A DNA stretch of 64,000 nt from Octopus sinensis (GCF_006345805.1 NC_043000.1:57908001-57972000); one strand, 5' to 3'. Positions 39,697 to 54,330 are shown, numbered from the stretch's first letter. The notes: generated by a model not told the origin, from the letters alone. Translations and numbers: made by a program.

Positions 39697-39700
<4 letters not shown>

Positions 39701-39862
39701 CGACAGGCTTCTGTCAATTTCCATCTACCAAAACAACGCACAAGGTTTTGGCTGCCCGTGGCTATAGCAGAAGACACTTTCCCAAGGTGTCACACAGTGG
39801 GACTGAACCTGGAACTATGTAGTTGGGAAGCAAGCTTCTTACCACACAGCCATACCTGTGTC
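39697..39862 (-). mobile_element. SINE family A 5' half (3' half at about 38060-38170)
   Basis: ggctatagcagaagacactttcccaaggtgtcacacagtgggactgaacctgg...aagcttcttaccacacagcc. Confidence 0.85.
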
Positions 39863-39885
39863 TATATAGAGATTGTTGTTATTAT

Positions 39886-40490
39886 TAAGGTGGCAAACTG
39901 GCAGAATTGTTAGCAAGCCGGGCAAAATGCCTTGTGGTATTTCTTCTTGCATTACATTCTGAGTTCGAGTTTTGCCAAAGTCGATTTTACCGTTCATCCT
40001 TTTGGTGTTGATAAAAAAGGTAGTAAAGTACTAGGGTTGATCTAATTGACTAGCCACCCAAAATGTCAGGCTTTGTGTCTATATTAGAAATTATTATTAA
40101 AGCTGAAGAGAGGCAAAAGCAGTAAAATGGATTTTAATTTAGGCAGAAAGCCAGCAGTTTTGAGGGAAAAGGTTTAATTGATTCCCTTAACCTCAGTACT
40201 GGACTGGTATTTTATTTTATTTTATTGATAAATGAAAAATGAACGGCAAAGTCATTCATGATGGGATTTGAACTCAAGGAGTAAGGAGCCAGTGCAAATA
40301 TTGCAAAGCAATGTTTTTATTGAACTGTTTTGTTATGTTCTTTCCTTTACATATTGAGTTCAAAACAGGCACGGGTCGATTTTGCCTTTCACTTTCTTGA
40401 GGTCAATAAAAGAAGTATTAGTCCTGTGCAGGTTTTTATTACATGGATTACAATCCAACCACTAACATTTGGTTTTGTGTCAATGTTAAA
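39886..40490. mobile_element. Cluster of three family B SINEs (+, -, +)
   Basis: aaggtggcaaactggcagaattgttagc (39886, +); ggcaaagtc...atttgaactc (about 40130-40325, -); gagttcaaa...gtcgattttgcctttca (about 40340-40490, +). Confidence 0.7.
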
Positions 40491-43400
40491 AAATACTTCA
40501 AAGATTTTACTTCAGTATTTGAGACTTAAACATTCCTTCTTCTTAAATAAATGTTTACATAAACCAAAAGAATCTACCTTAAATAATCCATATCTTTAAT
40601 AAATTTCATTTCATGATGCTAGCCTGTTGTCCATCAATCATTAAGAAGTGGTATATTGAAGAAGAGCAAATGATAGCAAAAACCTGATTTATTACCAGTT
40701 AGCATTTATTTTCTTTAGCTCTGAGCATAGGGTGATTGATTTTCTATTCTTTAAACATCAAAGTCAGATGAGTGATCATAGTAATTTAGCACTTACATTT
40801 ACTGAATTTATAGAAAATAAATCAGTAGAAACTAAAACAATAATTACACAAAACATATTTATTTATGTATTTAAGTTCACTGTACATCAAATGCAGTAAA
40901 CAAAGCAATCCACACAGATTGTGAGTGAATGGATAGTGAAGCAATAGCTGGGTAAAAATGTTACGTCTTTAACAGTAAAGGTGGCTGAGTTATTTGTTTG
41001 ATTTTAGAAAGTTCTGGATTGTGTTTAGTTATTTGCTTTACTTGTCTTCATATGCTGTGACTATTAGAGAAAGCAGGTAAAAATATTTCTAATTTTAGCA
41101 TTAGATCCGCAATTTTTTTAAGGGAAAGTGAAGTTGATTACATTGACTTCAGTGCTCAACTGATATTTGTTTTAGTGATCCCAAAAGGCAGAGTTGATCT
41201 CAGCGACATTTAAACTCAGAATGTAAAGAGCCGGCAGAAATGCAGTTGAGCACATTGTCCAGTGTGATAACATAACTGCCAGTTCTTCTTGCAGATCCAA
41301 GGAAGCTTTAAGGAACTGCATTCATCTTCATTTGTCATAGCATTAAGCAGATGAAAGATAAACCTGTCTTTGATATGATGCTGAGTAATGAGAAACATCT
41401 GAAACATTTGAAACACCAACATTGAAAGCCAACAATAATATCCTACATCATCTCAGTTGTACCACTCCAATCAATATGCACACAACCAAAGGCCCTAAGG
41501 GGATTCAGTTGAAGGTAATATAAAGTGTATAGCATGCAATAGTTGGTTGGTTGGTTGATCAGCTATCATTAAGTTGACAAGTGGTGGAAATCATTAAAAT
41601 ATGAAGGTAAATCACATATAGCAATTTTTCAATTTACAATTATTGCACATATTGAAAGCCTTTAGTTGTTTTTTCTCAATGCATAGGCATACTTTGTACA
41701 TTCATCTCACATGCAATATGATCATTTACTCCAAATAATTATGTCATCCCCACCCAACTGTAAGCATTTTATTTTAGTCATCAGTATTCAAACTTAAAAT
41801 TAGGATCCGAAAGTCTTGGGGATTCTGATTTCCTACCAATTGAGTAAAAGCCCTGTCTAAATGACACATACATATATATATATAAAGCACATACTAATAC
41901 ATATGTATGCACACACCACACACTCTCTTGCAATACACATGCATGCTTATACATATATACGCACACACAATGAGAGGGAAAGGAGAGAGAGGGAGTGTGG
42001 ATTCAGTTTCTCACACATATAAAGCACTGTGAAATAAACTGGTGCCACAGAGTAAAGGGAGTGATTATAAGATGAGAGTAAATGTAAAATCTGTAAATAG
42101 GCTAGTGTGTTCAGATATAAAGGAATTTTGTGAATTTGAGAGAGGAGAACAGGATATGAGAAACGAATGACAAGGAGAATGTTCTGCAGTACTAAACTGA
42201 AAAGTCTGATAGGTACAAGAGAATTTTTGATGAAGTAAAAAGGAAGCTTGTATGACAGTTTAGTTAGCGCAAATCAACAGTGGTGTGACAGTTAAAGGAA
42301 TATCTAACAAACAAATTCACTTTGTTTGAAAATAAAACTATTGCAGTAGTCATTCTCAATAGTATTTCAGATATATAAACAGATGAGTTAGTTAACTGAC
42401 AAGTGACTGCTCTCTCTCTCTGCTTTTTTTTATGTTTTGGCAAGATGTTACAGGGACAACCATGCTTATCTATGGAAACACATTGATATATGATTAACTA
42501 ATAGGTGTGCATGTAAGTGTGTGTGTATGTGTCTGCATGCACACATGTATTCATATAAGTCTTTAAAAGTGGGTTATTCAATGTTAGAGACATGCCAAGG
42601 AAGAATCATGCTGACAGAAGACTTTGCCCTGTGAACTATGTAGACAATAAAGTGTAGTCTTAATCTGCCAAGAACACGGACACAGTGAATTAGTAAATAT
42701 AAGGAAACAGTTTCTGAGGGCAACAAGGCAACAAATACCATTTCTAAGTCAGAATATTATGTAACGTTTGAGTGACTAACACATAAAACGGCACATTATC
42801 ATACTTTTTATGTAATTTCTGTACTTTGAAAACTGTTTACAATATTCCCAGTACATAAAACATTTGCTCTCAGAAATAATATTTATCATTTCTTTGCTTA
42901 GGTTTCTCTCAAAGAATTAGAAAAATACACTTGGGCTTCAAATTTTGCTATTTTTCTTTCTTTCTTTCTTTATTTATTCATATCTGACAAAGAAGTAATA
43001 ATGGTACAGGTGTTAAATACAAAGCTCTTGTTTTACTGTGTCATTATGCTACGTGTATTTTCTTAATTAAATAGAGCAAATTGGATGTCTAAATCATTGT
43101 AAGATTGAGCATTGTGAAAGTATCACCATGTAACCCACTGGATCAGGAGAGCATCGCTGAACACTTAGATCTTTAAATAGTGATTCAGAGAAAAATAAAT
43201 TGGATTGATAAGATTATAATCTTATTAGCAGCAATTCATCTAAGAGATTTAGACATTTAATCATACATTAGACTTGTTTCCAAATTGCCTTTTTCTGGGC
43301 CAACCTATGAGAAGATTTTATCTTGTAATTAACAATATATACATTAATTATAGTTACTGCATGTCACATTTAGTAGGAAAATGTATTTGAAGTAACCCAC

Positions 43401-46400
43401 ATGGAAAGAGCCATAGGAAAGAGTATTCCAAGATGTCTTTATTACCTATTTACAACAACAACAGCAACATGGATTGAGTCAGGTCTTAAACTAATTGTTT
43501 CTTATAGGTATACAAAGCAAACTCTATATGTACAATGAATTGTAGATATGAACTGTATCAAGTTAGCCAGATATAATTCTCTTAGAAAGCTTAAGGATAA
43601 CTGGTTTAAAACGAGATTTCCACATTGGTGTGGCTGAAATGCTAGGGTTAGAACAATAATTTTTAAAGGTATTTGTTCTTTTTACCATTAACCACTCATC
43701 TACAAAGTAAAAGTGAAATTAGGCACATCACTGAGAGGAAATTAAGATTTATGATATTGCAGCCAGCACAGCAACTTAATTTTCCAACCATTATGCTTCA
43801 TGAGGCACTCTCCCTCCCCAGCTAAAAAAAGCAAATGAAAGCAGAAATAGTGATTATACACTCGTGGTACAGGACATACATAAACGATAGGCGAAAAAAA
43901 AAAAAAGAAAGTGATATTGATAAACAATTTATGATACAAAAGTGCTCAATGTTAAAGAAAAGGAACCAATTAAAAAAAGGAAAAGAAAGAATCAAATCAG
44001 GTGCAGAAATTCATTAATATAAACCTAACAATCTTTTCTTTTCAGTGGTAAAACTAAAATCATAAAAACCAGCGAAGTTACTAATGGGTCATCAATATAA
44101 AGGTGGTGACTACACTAGAAAAATCATTGATTTTTTTTACCTGTATTGTTATACGTTGCCTTGATTTACTCTACAACTCAGCCATCAGTTAGATACTTTT
44201 ATTCATAAGGGTGGTTTAGTTATACAGATAGATTTATGTCTGTTATAAAATATACTGTGTAAATGGATAAAAAAGGTATAAAAAAATCTCTAAATTGAAT
44301 AAGTGTTGCACTTAACTCAAGGAGTGTTTTAACGCTCAGTCTGCTAGTACCTCATTAATGACACATTATCAGTGCTTATTACAAATAGTTCTGCTCTAAG
44401 TAGCCTTTCTAATGTCTTGTAAACCAGTAGTCCCTAACATGTAATGTATCCACAATAATGAGACAGCCTGCCAGTTATACTGCTTTTGATGTGCTTTTTA
44501 TAAATCTGTTATTTTCCCCCTCATATTATAAGCTACAGAAACTTTTCAGTTGGTAGTGGGGGAAGGAGCAATTAACTTTATCTTATCTGCCCCCATCAAT
44601 TCATACTCTGTGTTTAGCAGAATTTTACTTTTTTTCACTTCTCTTCACAAAGGCTGACAAAAGAAATAAAATAAATTCATTTGCAAATTATAAAGATAAA
44701 ATAAAAAAGAGAGTAAAAAAATTATAAAGCAATCTACTTAACTAAATGAACTTCAGAAGATATCTACATCAATACAATTCTAAAATTTAACCAAAATCAT
44801 AGCCAGACTTAGCATTTCCTATTTGTTGCTCCAAAATATTAATTTGTTCCAACTTCATGCTGTGGCACGGAAGGAAAGCCATAATATAGACAAGAAATGT
44901 TATCTTTCAGTGAGTTCTCACTAAAAATACTTCACATTTTAGTAAAAAAATCAATAAGCTAGTAATTTTATATAGGTAATTTTCAACCTCATTATCAGAA
45001 ATTCACTCAAAAATAGACAGTTAGACCAATAATAAAATACTCAACATTTACAGATATATTCTACATAGGTAATTAAGATTGAAATTCTTTAATCAGTAAT
45101 TTGAATTAATCAATAAAATTTGATTACAAGACAAGCTAATACATTGGCATAAGCAATAAAGAAAAAATATAGGTATTCTGATAATATTTGAGTGTCACTC
45201 AGTCTGTTTGTCTGCCTGTGCATTATATATCAGCAAAACTGAGTCAGTCAATTACATCTAGAAATTCTATGAGCTGACATAACAAGTGTATAATTTAATC
45301 TTCCAATCACATTGACCATTTTTATGAAGTCAGCATTGAAGATGCTTCTCCAAAAGATATGATAAAAATAGATCTTTCATTCAATAATTTCAGTTATAAG
45401 AATGCTGGAAACCTCATCTTCCATGAGCTGTTTATCTTATTTTTATGTTTTCTGTGAGATAGGAATGTGACCTAAGCAGGCTATCACAGAGACCAAGAAA
45501 GATACAAATAGAACTCTACCAATTTAAAGTGTGATGTTGCCAAAGCTAATGCAGAATTCTTACCATGTATATATAGATGCATAATAGAATTATGTGTATG
45601 TACATATGTGTGTGTGGCCTGCATGCATGTGTAGGTAGATATATAATTATAACACTTCAAATAAGTGGAAATTTATATTTCAAGATACACAGAAAGTTAA
45701 TGAAAAGAAGAAAAAGTAAACAGAAATAAATGGTATTTATATGCATGTGTCTGTGTGCACATTTATGAAATAAATCATTCATTACTCACATTTAACAATG
45801 TAGCTGTTCGTGAGAGATTAGAGTAACAGTGACATTGACGTGGGTGATATTTTCTCTGATAATCTCATTAAATATTTGGTTGTTGCAGAGGACAGAACAT
45901 TGCAGCAGTCTCTATAAAAATATCTCCAAAATCTATGCTAGCAATTGAAGGAATATGTCATTATTGTGCCAGGCCTCTATATCAATTGATGTACTATCAT
46001 TTGAATCAGCAACGAAAGCAATTACTAATACTAACATTGAGCTAACTGAGTTTAAATTAATCTTCATAGACGTTGTACTTACTTAAGGTGTTCACTGTTT
46101 GCTTAATAATTAATATTTAATGATATATCTTCAGAACACGTACATAATCAAAAGAATGTATAACAAGGATTTCTAACTTTGGAGTAGAATGCAAAATTGA
46201 TTCAATTTTCTCCTGGTATATTACTGGTACTTGATCCTGTGTTAATGTTAATGTATAACCCTCAGATTGACTCTGAGAAAGCAAACCTATGACCAAGGAC
46301 GTTCCATCTGTAGCTATCCCTTTCTTTTTTCAGTTTATCTAGAACTACTTTATCTAATACGCCCTTCTTTTTGTAAAAATACTTGTGTGTGAATCAAGGA

Positions 46401-46894
46401 AAGGTTTAAAAACTAACTCTAGCAAGTCAAACAACTATTTAAAGGTCCCCTTGTTGGCTTCATCTTATTGATCCATGGATATAAAAGGCAAATTCAAGCA
46501 CAGCATGATTTGAACTCTGAAAGTTAAGCAGTATAACTAAGTAGATATTACAATGTATTTTAGCCTAGTGTTTTACAATTTCTAATACTTACAGCCTTTT
46601 CAGATAATATAAAATAATGAACAATTTTCAACAAAAACTTGTCATAAATGCTTTAATAATTAATTTCAGTTCACTTCAGATGCATTTTTTCCAAATCAAG
46701 TTTACATTGTTGCTACTGATTAGCCCCAAGTCAATCCTCATCAAGTAGACCTATGAATGGAGGCATTCCCCCCTTTTTTTAAGTGTCTAGGATTACATTA
46801 TCTAATGTATTCCATTTTAAAGATGACAGGGTGTGATTTGAAAGGGAGTTGACTGCTATTTCTAGCAAATCCATAGGCAATGTAATGACATTGC

Positions 46895-47830
46895 AGATTC
46901 CATTGAACATAGCACCATTAAAATATTTGCAGATGACTAAACTTCAGAAAGTCATTAAAGGAGCACAAAAAAACAAAACAAAACAACATGCAGCTGAATG
47001 AATAAAAATTTGAGCTCATCCACTTTGGAAAACAGGGCACACTCAAACAACCACATACAACTACCGTCGGGAGACCTACTTGAACCATCGGATAATATCA
47101 GAGACTTAGATGTAACTGTCAACAGCAACCATAGCTGGAGTGTGCACATCAACAAAAAAAAACAATGTTGTCTACGGAATGTGCTCATGGATCCTCAGAA
47201 CTTTTCAATCTAGAGATCATGAAACTATCATCCTTCTCTTCTCCACATTCGCTAGGCCCCCACTTTGAATACTGCTGCCCATTGTGGTCCCCCTACGAAA
47301 AACAAGACATAATGAGGATTGAAACACCACAAAGATCAATCACTAAAAAAATAATATAAAAAAAAAATGGCATGATGGGACTTGATTATTGGGCTACACT
47401 TATACAGCTGATACTCTATTCTCTGCAATGCTGCCAAAAGGATGCATTATTTGCACCATGTGGAAAATATTCCACCAATATCCAAATGATAGTGGTATTA
47501 TGTTTCACCCAAAACTAGGCCCCTGTGCAATGTGTCCCCTACAAAGGTTGAGATCACATCACATAAAAACATTGTGGCACAATTTCTTCACTGCAAATGG
47601 TCCTGCTCTTTGCAATGTTATCCGAAAGGAATTAAAGTAAAAAAAGACTCCACAATTTCAAACAGTACCTGGACAAATTCCTACACCTGTATACATCTCT
47701 GCCAACAACAACTCTCTGCTTGAGTGGTCCATGGTGTCCTGTTAAAAGACTTTTCCAGGTGGTGCTATTGAGTTAGCTATGGCCTGGGCCAATAACGGCT
47801 GAAACCAATCTAAGTTATCTGAGTTATCCC
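46895..47830 (+). mobile_element. CR1/L2-clade LINE 3' relic (RT C-terminus)
   Basis: KIFADD (about 46920), DNIRDLDVTVNSNHSWSVHI, GPHFEYCCPLWSPYEKQDIMRIE..QRSITKKI, NFFTANGPALCNVI; frameshifted; short tandem aagttatct tail. Confidence 0.88.
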
Positions 47831-50717
47831 AACTAACTAGCCTCTTCATTACTAAATTTTGATTTGTGTCTAGTAAAAAGAAAAGTATTAAAAAAGTAAA
47901 TAACAGAATTACTTCAGATTTCAGATTAGTTTTCTTGTTCAGAGTGTAGTTAAGAAGTTTGGCTTTCAGTTAAGTGACTCTAAGGTTGTCTCTCTCTCTT
48001 AGTAACATTGAGCAAGTGCTTTCTACCATTGCCACAGGATGACCAAAGACTTGTGGGTGAAATTTGGGAGATGGAACTATACAGAAGCCTTTCAAATGAA
48101 TGGATGGACGAACACTCGGACACACACACACATAGAACTGCTGAAACTGTGCTTTTATAGAGTGTCTAAACTAATTTTGTATTTATGATCATAAACCTCA
48201 ACCATCTACTTTATCATGTGCTACAATTGTTTGTATGCTGTTAACCATAATAATATTGAGAATTTAAATGATATTATAAAAAATAAAACATAAAATTATC
48301 TTTATGCAGCCTAGGGTTAAGTGTTACAAAATATCAAAGATTCTCACATGGCAGGTGAGACAGATATAAACAAGGTAGCTAGTATACTGAGATTTTAAGG
48401 CACTAATTTGAATGGAGGAAGCCTATCTTGTTTTAATTGTTTTATTTTCTTATTGATTCATCAAGAACTGTTAAATTATAGAACTCAGTGCAATGAAAAG
48501 GCTCATAATTGCTTGTAATCAGCATTTTTTGTTTCTGTTCTTTCAGCCTGTAATCCCAAACTGTTTTCTTTTGAATTAACTGTTGTTTGAATATATTTAC
48601 AATATTGTACAAACACTATCAACATTTTTTCTCCAAACCACGTCAGAAGTCAAAAAGGCTAGTACTTATGCAAAAGATATCTAACTTCATGGATACAAGG
48701 CGATAATAATTCAGTTCTTTTGTTCAAACTCCAACTTTGTGGAAATGCAATTCTTAATTTTTCATTGAAACAAATATCATACCACATTTTGGATTTGAAG
48801 CTGCCATTCCAGTAGAGTTGCACCTTATCTACAATTGATCAGGTAATTTTGAAATCCTTGAAAACTTAAGAACCATATAAATTTCAACAATGCTATAGTG
48901 CACTTTCATCTACTGCTTAAAACAATAAATCTTTGAATGCCAATTCAGGTGCTGCAATATATATTTTTAGGTTCATCTCTGTTGCTTGTTTCTAATTCCG
49001 CACAGTACATTATCAACTTTGCGAAACAGTTACCATCAAATGGACAATTCTCCTGAATTCTGAAGTAACATGATTGATATTGGCCAGCTGTTTGTCTTTT
49101 TCATTTAGCTTAACAACTGAAATTCTGAATAGCTAACCTTAACACAATTCCTGGTTAATATCTTGCTATAGTTATGATCAGGTGAAAAATGGTAATCTTT
49201 TAAATCAAAGAACTCTCAAGCTATATTAGTTCTTACTAATAGAACAAATATTGAATTATGCAATAAAATATTCTTTTTTCCTATTCCTGTTGACTAAATT
49301 GCACTCACAAAGAATTAGTTAACTATGACTGTGGTAGAAAGCACTCGTCCAAGACAATCAAACCTAGAAAAATATAGTTGTGAAGAGAACTTCTTTAATT
49401 AAACAGACAAGGTTGCACCATCTTCACTGTAGACATGCTATTGTAAATATAAGAAAAGGTGGTGACCACTTTCAAAACATATACTGAGCAAGCTATAGAA
49501 TTAGATAGAGGTTATAAAACCTCTTGTCTATACAGTCACTCAGTCTTCTTGATTTAAAGAAAAAATCATTTATATGATAGCAATGTTTAGGATTCTAAGC
49601 ATTAAAATCTAGAAAGCTTAATACTAGTTTTTGAAACTTTCACAAGATTCTTTCGTAGGTATGGAACTGATTCTTTCATAGGTATAGCAAATGATTTTCA
49701 GACAATGTCATTGATTTACACAACAGTCAAATTAGATTTGAAGTTTTTTTTTTACATAGGTATTAAATGCAGAATTTATTATATCAAACAATAAAGAATC
49801 AAAATATTCTAACAACATTAATACAAATGTATAAGCCTGCTGATCTTGCAGAGGTTTTTAAGCGTCTTGCTTTAGCTTCAATCTCATGGAATTAAACAGA
49901 AGAGGTATAAGCAATTTGTCTATCAGAGATAATATTCCCATATGATGTGATATTGGGTCTTAAAAGCTAGATGAATTGCAATAATGTAGACATGACCAGA
50001 TTTATGAGGTAGATTTGAACTAATGATCTATGAGTTGGAGGTACAATACCTTAACCACTCAGCTTTTTAACCTCTGCTGACTATAGTGAAATTTCAGAAT
50101 ATAGACATTAGTCTCAATTTGAAAATATATTTAGTCTTTTCTCTTCATTTTAAAAATTAAATAGTTAAATCTGATTAGTATACAATATTTCCAACCAAAA
50201 AGTAGGAAATTGTAGGTAAGAAAGTCATTTGTGCTATATTCAAAATTCTTTTCAGTCAGAAAATTTGTCTTTAACATGTAGACTTCATTTTAATTTTTAA
50301 TTAAGAAAATATCCCTCACACCTGATACTTCTTATAAAAATATTTGAAAACATTACAGACACATATGTAAAGTTCAACTAGCTAACTCATTTCCCATCTC
50401 CTTTAAATCACCTCTATCCACTGAAAACTCTTGCTTTATTCCCTAATACTGTCACAAACAGTAGTTGTTATCGCTCTTGAATGCAATGCATATTACCACA
50501 TGAACACACATTGTCATTGCTTCAACTCACTTATACACAACTTGCTGCTAGTTACTCAAAGGAGCATCTCAGTACATTATCTTCAATCTAATGCTGACTG
50601 TTTCCCTATTGTATGGATTTCCAATACAGATTTTCGGCTTAACACTACATTAAGCAGCTAAAAACAAAAGGATATTTCTAGATCTAATTTTTATATTAAA
50701 TATAGATATGGTAAGTT

Positions 50718-50773
50718 TGGCATTTTACAACAAAATGCTTTTCATACGCAAAGCATTTTGTTGTAAAATGCCA
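50718..50773. repeat. Perfect inverted repeat, 24-bp arms with 8-nt loop
   Basis: TGGCATTTTACAACAAAATGCTTT-tcatacgc-AAAGCATTTTGTTGTAAAATGCCA. Confidence 0.95.
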
Positions 50774-52611
50774 CTCTAAAAGCAAAATGATACTGCATTT
50801 TATTTAAAAGAACAAAATGTATTGACCAAATTCAAAATACAATGCTTCAGACAGAACTAGAGCCTTAAATGAATAGAATTAGGTTTTGACACTTTGACTA
50901 TTCATTTACTGCAACTCTTATGTACTGAAATATAAATAAAATCTATTGAAAGAGACAGACTTGTTAATGAAGTATGAAACAAATTTCAGGGTACATTTTG
51001 AAATGCTTTGATCTCTAGTAATATTTTAGCAAAGCATTGGAACTGTTCCAATAGTTGATAAGAGGAAACAATTAAAAAGAGATATATTAACCCAAAATTT
51101 ACTTGAATGTATATTGTACCGTAATACATAGGTTAAAAAATACTACCATGCAAAATTTTGACATGGTTAAAAGAATATATTATTTATATCAATCATGCTA
51201 GCATTCTTAGACCCTTAACTTTTATTTAATGACTTATGAATTTCTTCCTTTTTTTTCAGAGATCAGTTTGGTTTGAAATATAAAATGTATTTCCAAATGT
51301 TAAAAATCTTACATAAGGTATATTTTTTTAGATCTCATTAACACTATGCATAAGGTTAAACTTAAGCGTGTATCATCAAATGTTCCACTTCAAACAAGTC
51401 CATGGGTAAGGAAGATTTATAGGTCAATATCACCATAATGAAAACTACTGAACCTAAAACCTTTCACCAAAATTGGTTGTCTAATCATGAATAACTAAAA
51501 ATTGTAATATTTCTGATAACATTGTATGGCAACACCAAGCAGAGAAACCAGTCTCTCCAATGGGTAATGATGGATTCTATTTTTAATGATAATTTTGTCT
51601 TAGTTTTGCTTCATCAAAGTCTTCTTTCTGTTTACTTTCTAAGAATGGAATATTCTTCTTATAATAGCAAAAATACTAAAACTGAAGCCTTTCTCTAATA
51701 GCAATAGATTATCTCAGTGTTCTGGAACATAGTAAACAACAGGTCGGAAACAAAATGACGGAAGAAAAGTATCAATTGTACTTATCTCTACCAGTTTAAC
51801 TTCAAAGACAAGGAAGAGCAAATTCTTTTAATGCAAAGTAATATCCAGTTTGCAAAATATTTCTTTAGTGTAGGTTTGTTACCTAGCTTCTAACATACAC
51901 TAACTATATCTACTCCCCTACCCAAATGCCCTGCATATCCTTCATCTCTCTCCTCTCTCTTTCCCTCTTGCAATTTATCATTATATACATATTAATCACA
52001 GATGTACACACATACACAAAGGCAGAGGGATAGATAAGAAAAGAGATGGCTGGATAGTTGCATTTAAAGATGATAGCATTGATATGAGGTTGTTATTATA
52101 AAACATATCCATCTATAAAACTTTTACTTGCAGTTATACATGCTCTGGCACAAAATGTATCATTACATGTTTATATAGCGTGCTATACAATGATGTAAAA
52201 ACATGTTTATATCAAAATCAGTACATTCCTGGTAAGTATTTTATTGAACCAAGAGAGATGAAAAGCCAAGCCAAATATTGGCAACATTTAAATAGACAAA
52301 CCTGAGTGAGCCAGCAATGCATTGGAAAGCATCTAGTTTAAGTACACTACAATATGTGGCAATATGATTCACATCCTTACTGATATGACAGCCACAATTA
52401 TATTCACATCCCAAAGCATAAAGAGACTACATTATGAATGTAAATATTTATTATTTAAATCTAAAAGCAATTATTAATTTATGGACACAAACATAAAAAA
52501 ATAAAGTTTTTAATCAGCATGAAAATAAAATTGAGATCTTGAAATATGAAGTGAATGAGGCACTTGAAATTGGGAGCTGTCCATGAGAAGTGATAAATGG
52601 TACAATTTCTT

Positions 52612-53182
52612 TAGGCAATGATGAAGGACCGAGATCTCTGGAGATATGCTGTGACTGCAAAGACCCGGGCTGCTTCCTGCACCAGCTCCACATAGCCCTA
52701 GCCCATTCAAAGTACCTTGGATTTCAGAACAACCCGCTGTGCTTGAGGAGACCTATTGAGTCAAGTACATGAACATCGAAATAAATATCAATGGAAATAG
52801 TAGTTGTGATACCTGTGCCGGTGGCACATAAAAAGCACCTTCCGAACGTGGCCGATGCCAGCGCCGCCTTGACTGGCTTCTGTGCTGGTGGCACGTAAAA
52901 AGCACCATCCGAATGTGGCCGATGCCAGCGCCGCCTTGACTGGCTTCCGTACCAGTGGTACGTTAAAAGCACCAAAAGATTGTGGCCGCTGCCAGACTCT
53001 CCTGGCACGTAAAAAGCACCACTACACTCACGGAGTGGTTGGCGTTAGGAAGGGCATCCAGCTGTATAAACACTGCCAGATCAGACTGGAGCCTGGTGCA
53101 GCCTCCTGGCTTCCCAGACCCCGGTCGAACTGTTTAACCCGTGCTAGCGTGGAAAATGGATGTTAAACGATGATGATGATGA
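52612..53182 (+). mobile_element. 5'-truncated copy of the RTE LINE (last codons and 3' UTR)
   Basis: ctctggagatatgctgtgactg.aaagaccc matches 8649-8680; about 67-bp tandem units; (GAT)n tail; CpGs retained. Confidence 0.9.
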
Positions 53183-53199
53183 AGTAATGATAAGAAAAG

Positions 53200-53750
53200 A
53201 TAGACGGCAAAAGTTAGATGGAGATATTGAAGTTAAGAGAGTTCAGAATGTGGAATTAGAAAATAAGGGATGAGAGTAAATAGTTTTAATGCCAGAATGT
53301 TAGTTTAATTAATAAAAAGTTATTGATGAAAGGAAAAAAAATCAGTCAGATTCGATAAATTCATAAGTTCATGGAGAGAAGAGGGGAAGCAATTAGTTCC
53401 AGGGATAGTTTATACAAATAGAAATTTACAAGGTGGTTCATTTGCTGAACTTAAACTGAGAATTTTCAAATATTCAAAGGTAGAACTTTGTTTTCTCAGT
53501 GCTTATCTACAGTTGGAGTACTTTGTCATGTTGTGTGGAAGCAAACACCTCTGTTATATCTCACATCAAAAGGTATGAGATTCAAGATATTTCAAGAGGG
53601 GTCTTGATCACTTTGGAAATATTGAAGAGAAGGTAATCTGGGTAGTTATTACAGGAATTTAAAAGAGACCTTTATGAGATGAAGTACAGAAAAATGGGTT
53701 CCAACATTTCAAGATATAAACCAATGAACAGAATAAGATAGAAAAGACTG
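53200..53750 (-). mobile_element. Possible very old CR1/L2-like relic
   Basis: Minus strand ..gtgatcaagacccctcttgaaatat.. resembles the 'IRPxLEY' motif; heavily decayed. Confidence 0.3.
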
Positions 53751-53919
53751 GTACACAGCAAGTACTAATTAAAGTATGTATTTTTCTAAGTTACTTATGC
53801 ATTTTGCACATATTTTGTCATGTTTGTTGTTGTGGTTGTTTAGTTTCTAGTTAATTTTCATCCAGCAGATCAATGGTCAAAGACAGTCTTTTGCATATCA
53901 AGAACCACATATTATAATG

Positions 53920-54330
53920 CGAAGACCTGTTGAGGCAAGTGAAATCCAAATCAAAATCAAAATCGATCACAGGCATCTGTGCTAGCGGGGTGCAAAGAGC
54001 ACCATACGAGTGTGATTGCTGACAGAGTGGCTAACCGGCTTCGGTGCCAGTGACACATAAAAGGCACCATTCGAGTGTGATCCTTACCAGCATCACCTTA
54101 CTGGCACTTGAGCCCCGTGCTAGTAGGGTGCTAAGAGCACCATCTGAGCGTGATTGTTGCCAGAGCGGCTAACTGGCTTCCGTGCCGGTGGCATGTAAAA
54201 GGCACCATTTGAGCTTGATCATTACCAGCATCGCCTTACTGCAGCCATCTGATTCGCCAGCCCTCAGTCAAATTATCCAACCCATGCTAACATGGAAAGC
54301 AGACGTTAAACGATGATGATGATGAGGAGG
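53920..54330 (+). mobile_element. RTE-related 3'-UTR copy (different subfamily) nested in family X repeat
   Basis: gaagacctgttgaggcaagt..., repeated taaaaggcaccatt.gag units, ends catgctaacatggaaagcagacgttaaac(gat)n. Confidence 0.8.

Noticed and set aside
52815-53025. Regularly spaced repeats resembling a CRISPR array (also 57985-58315)
   Set aside because: Spacers are themselves repeated, the context is eukaryotic and there are no cas genes; LINE 3'-UTR array and minisatellite
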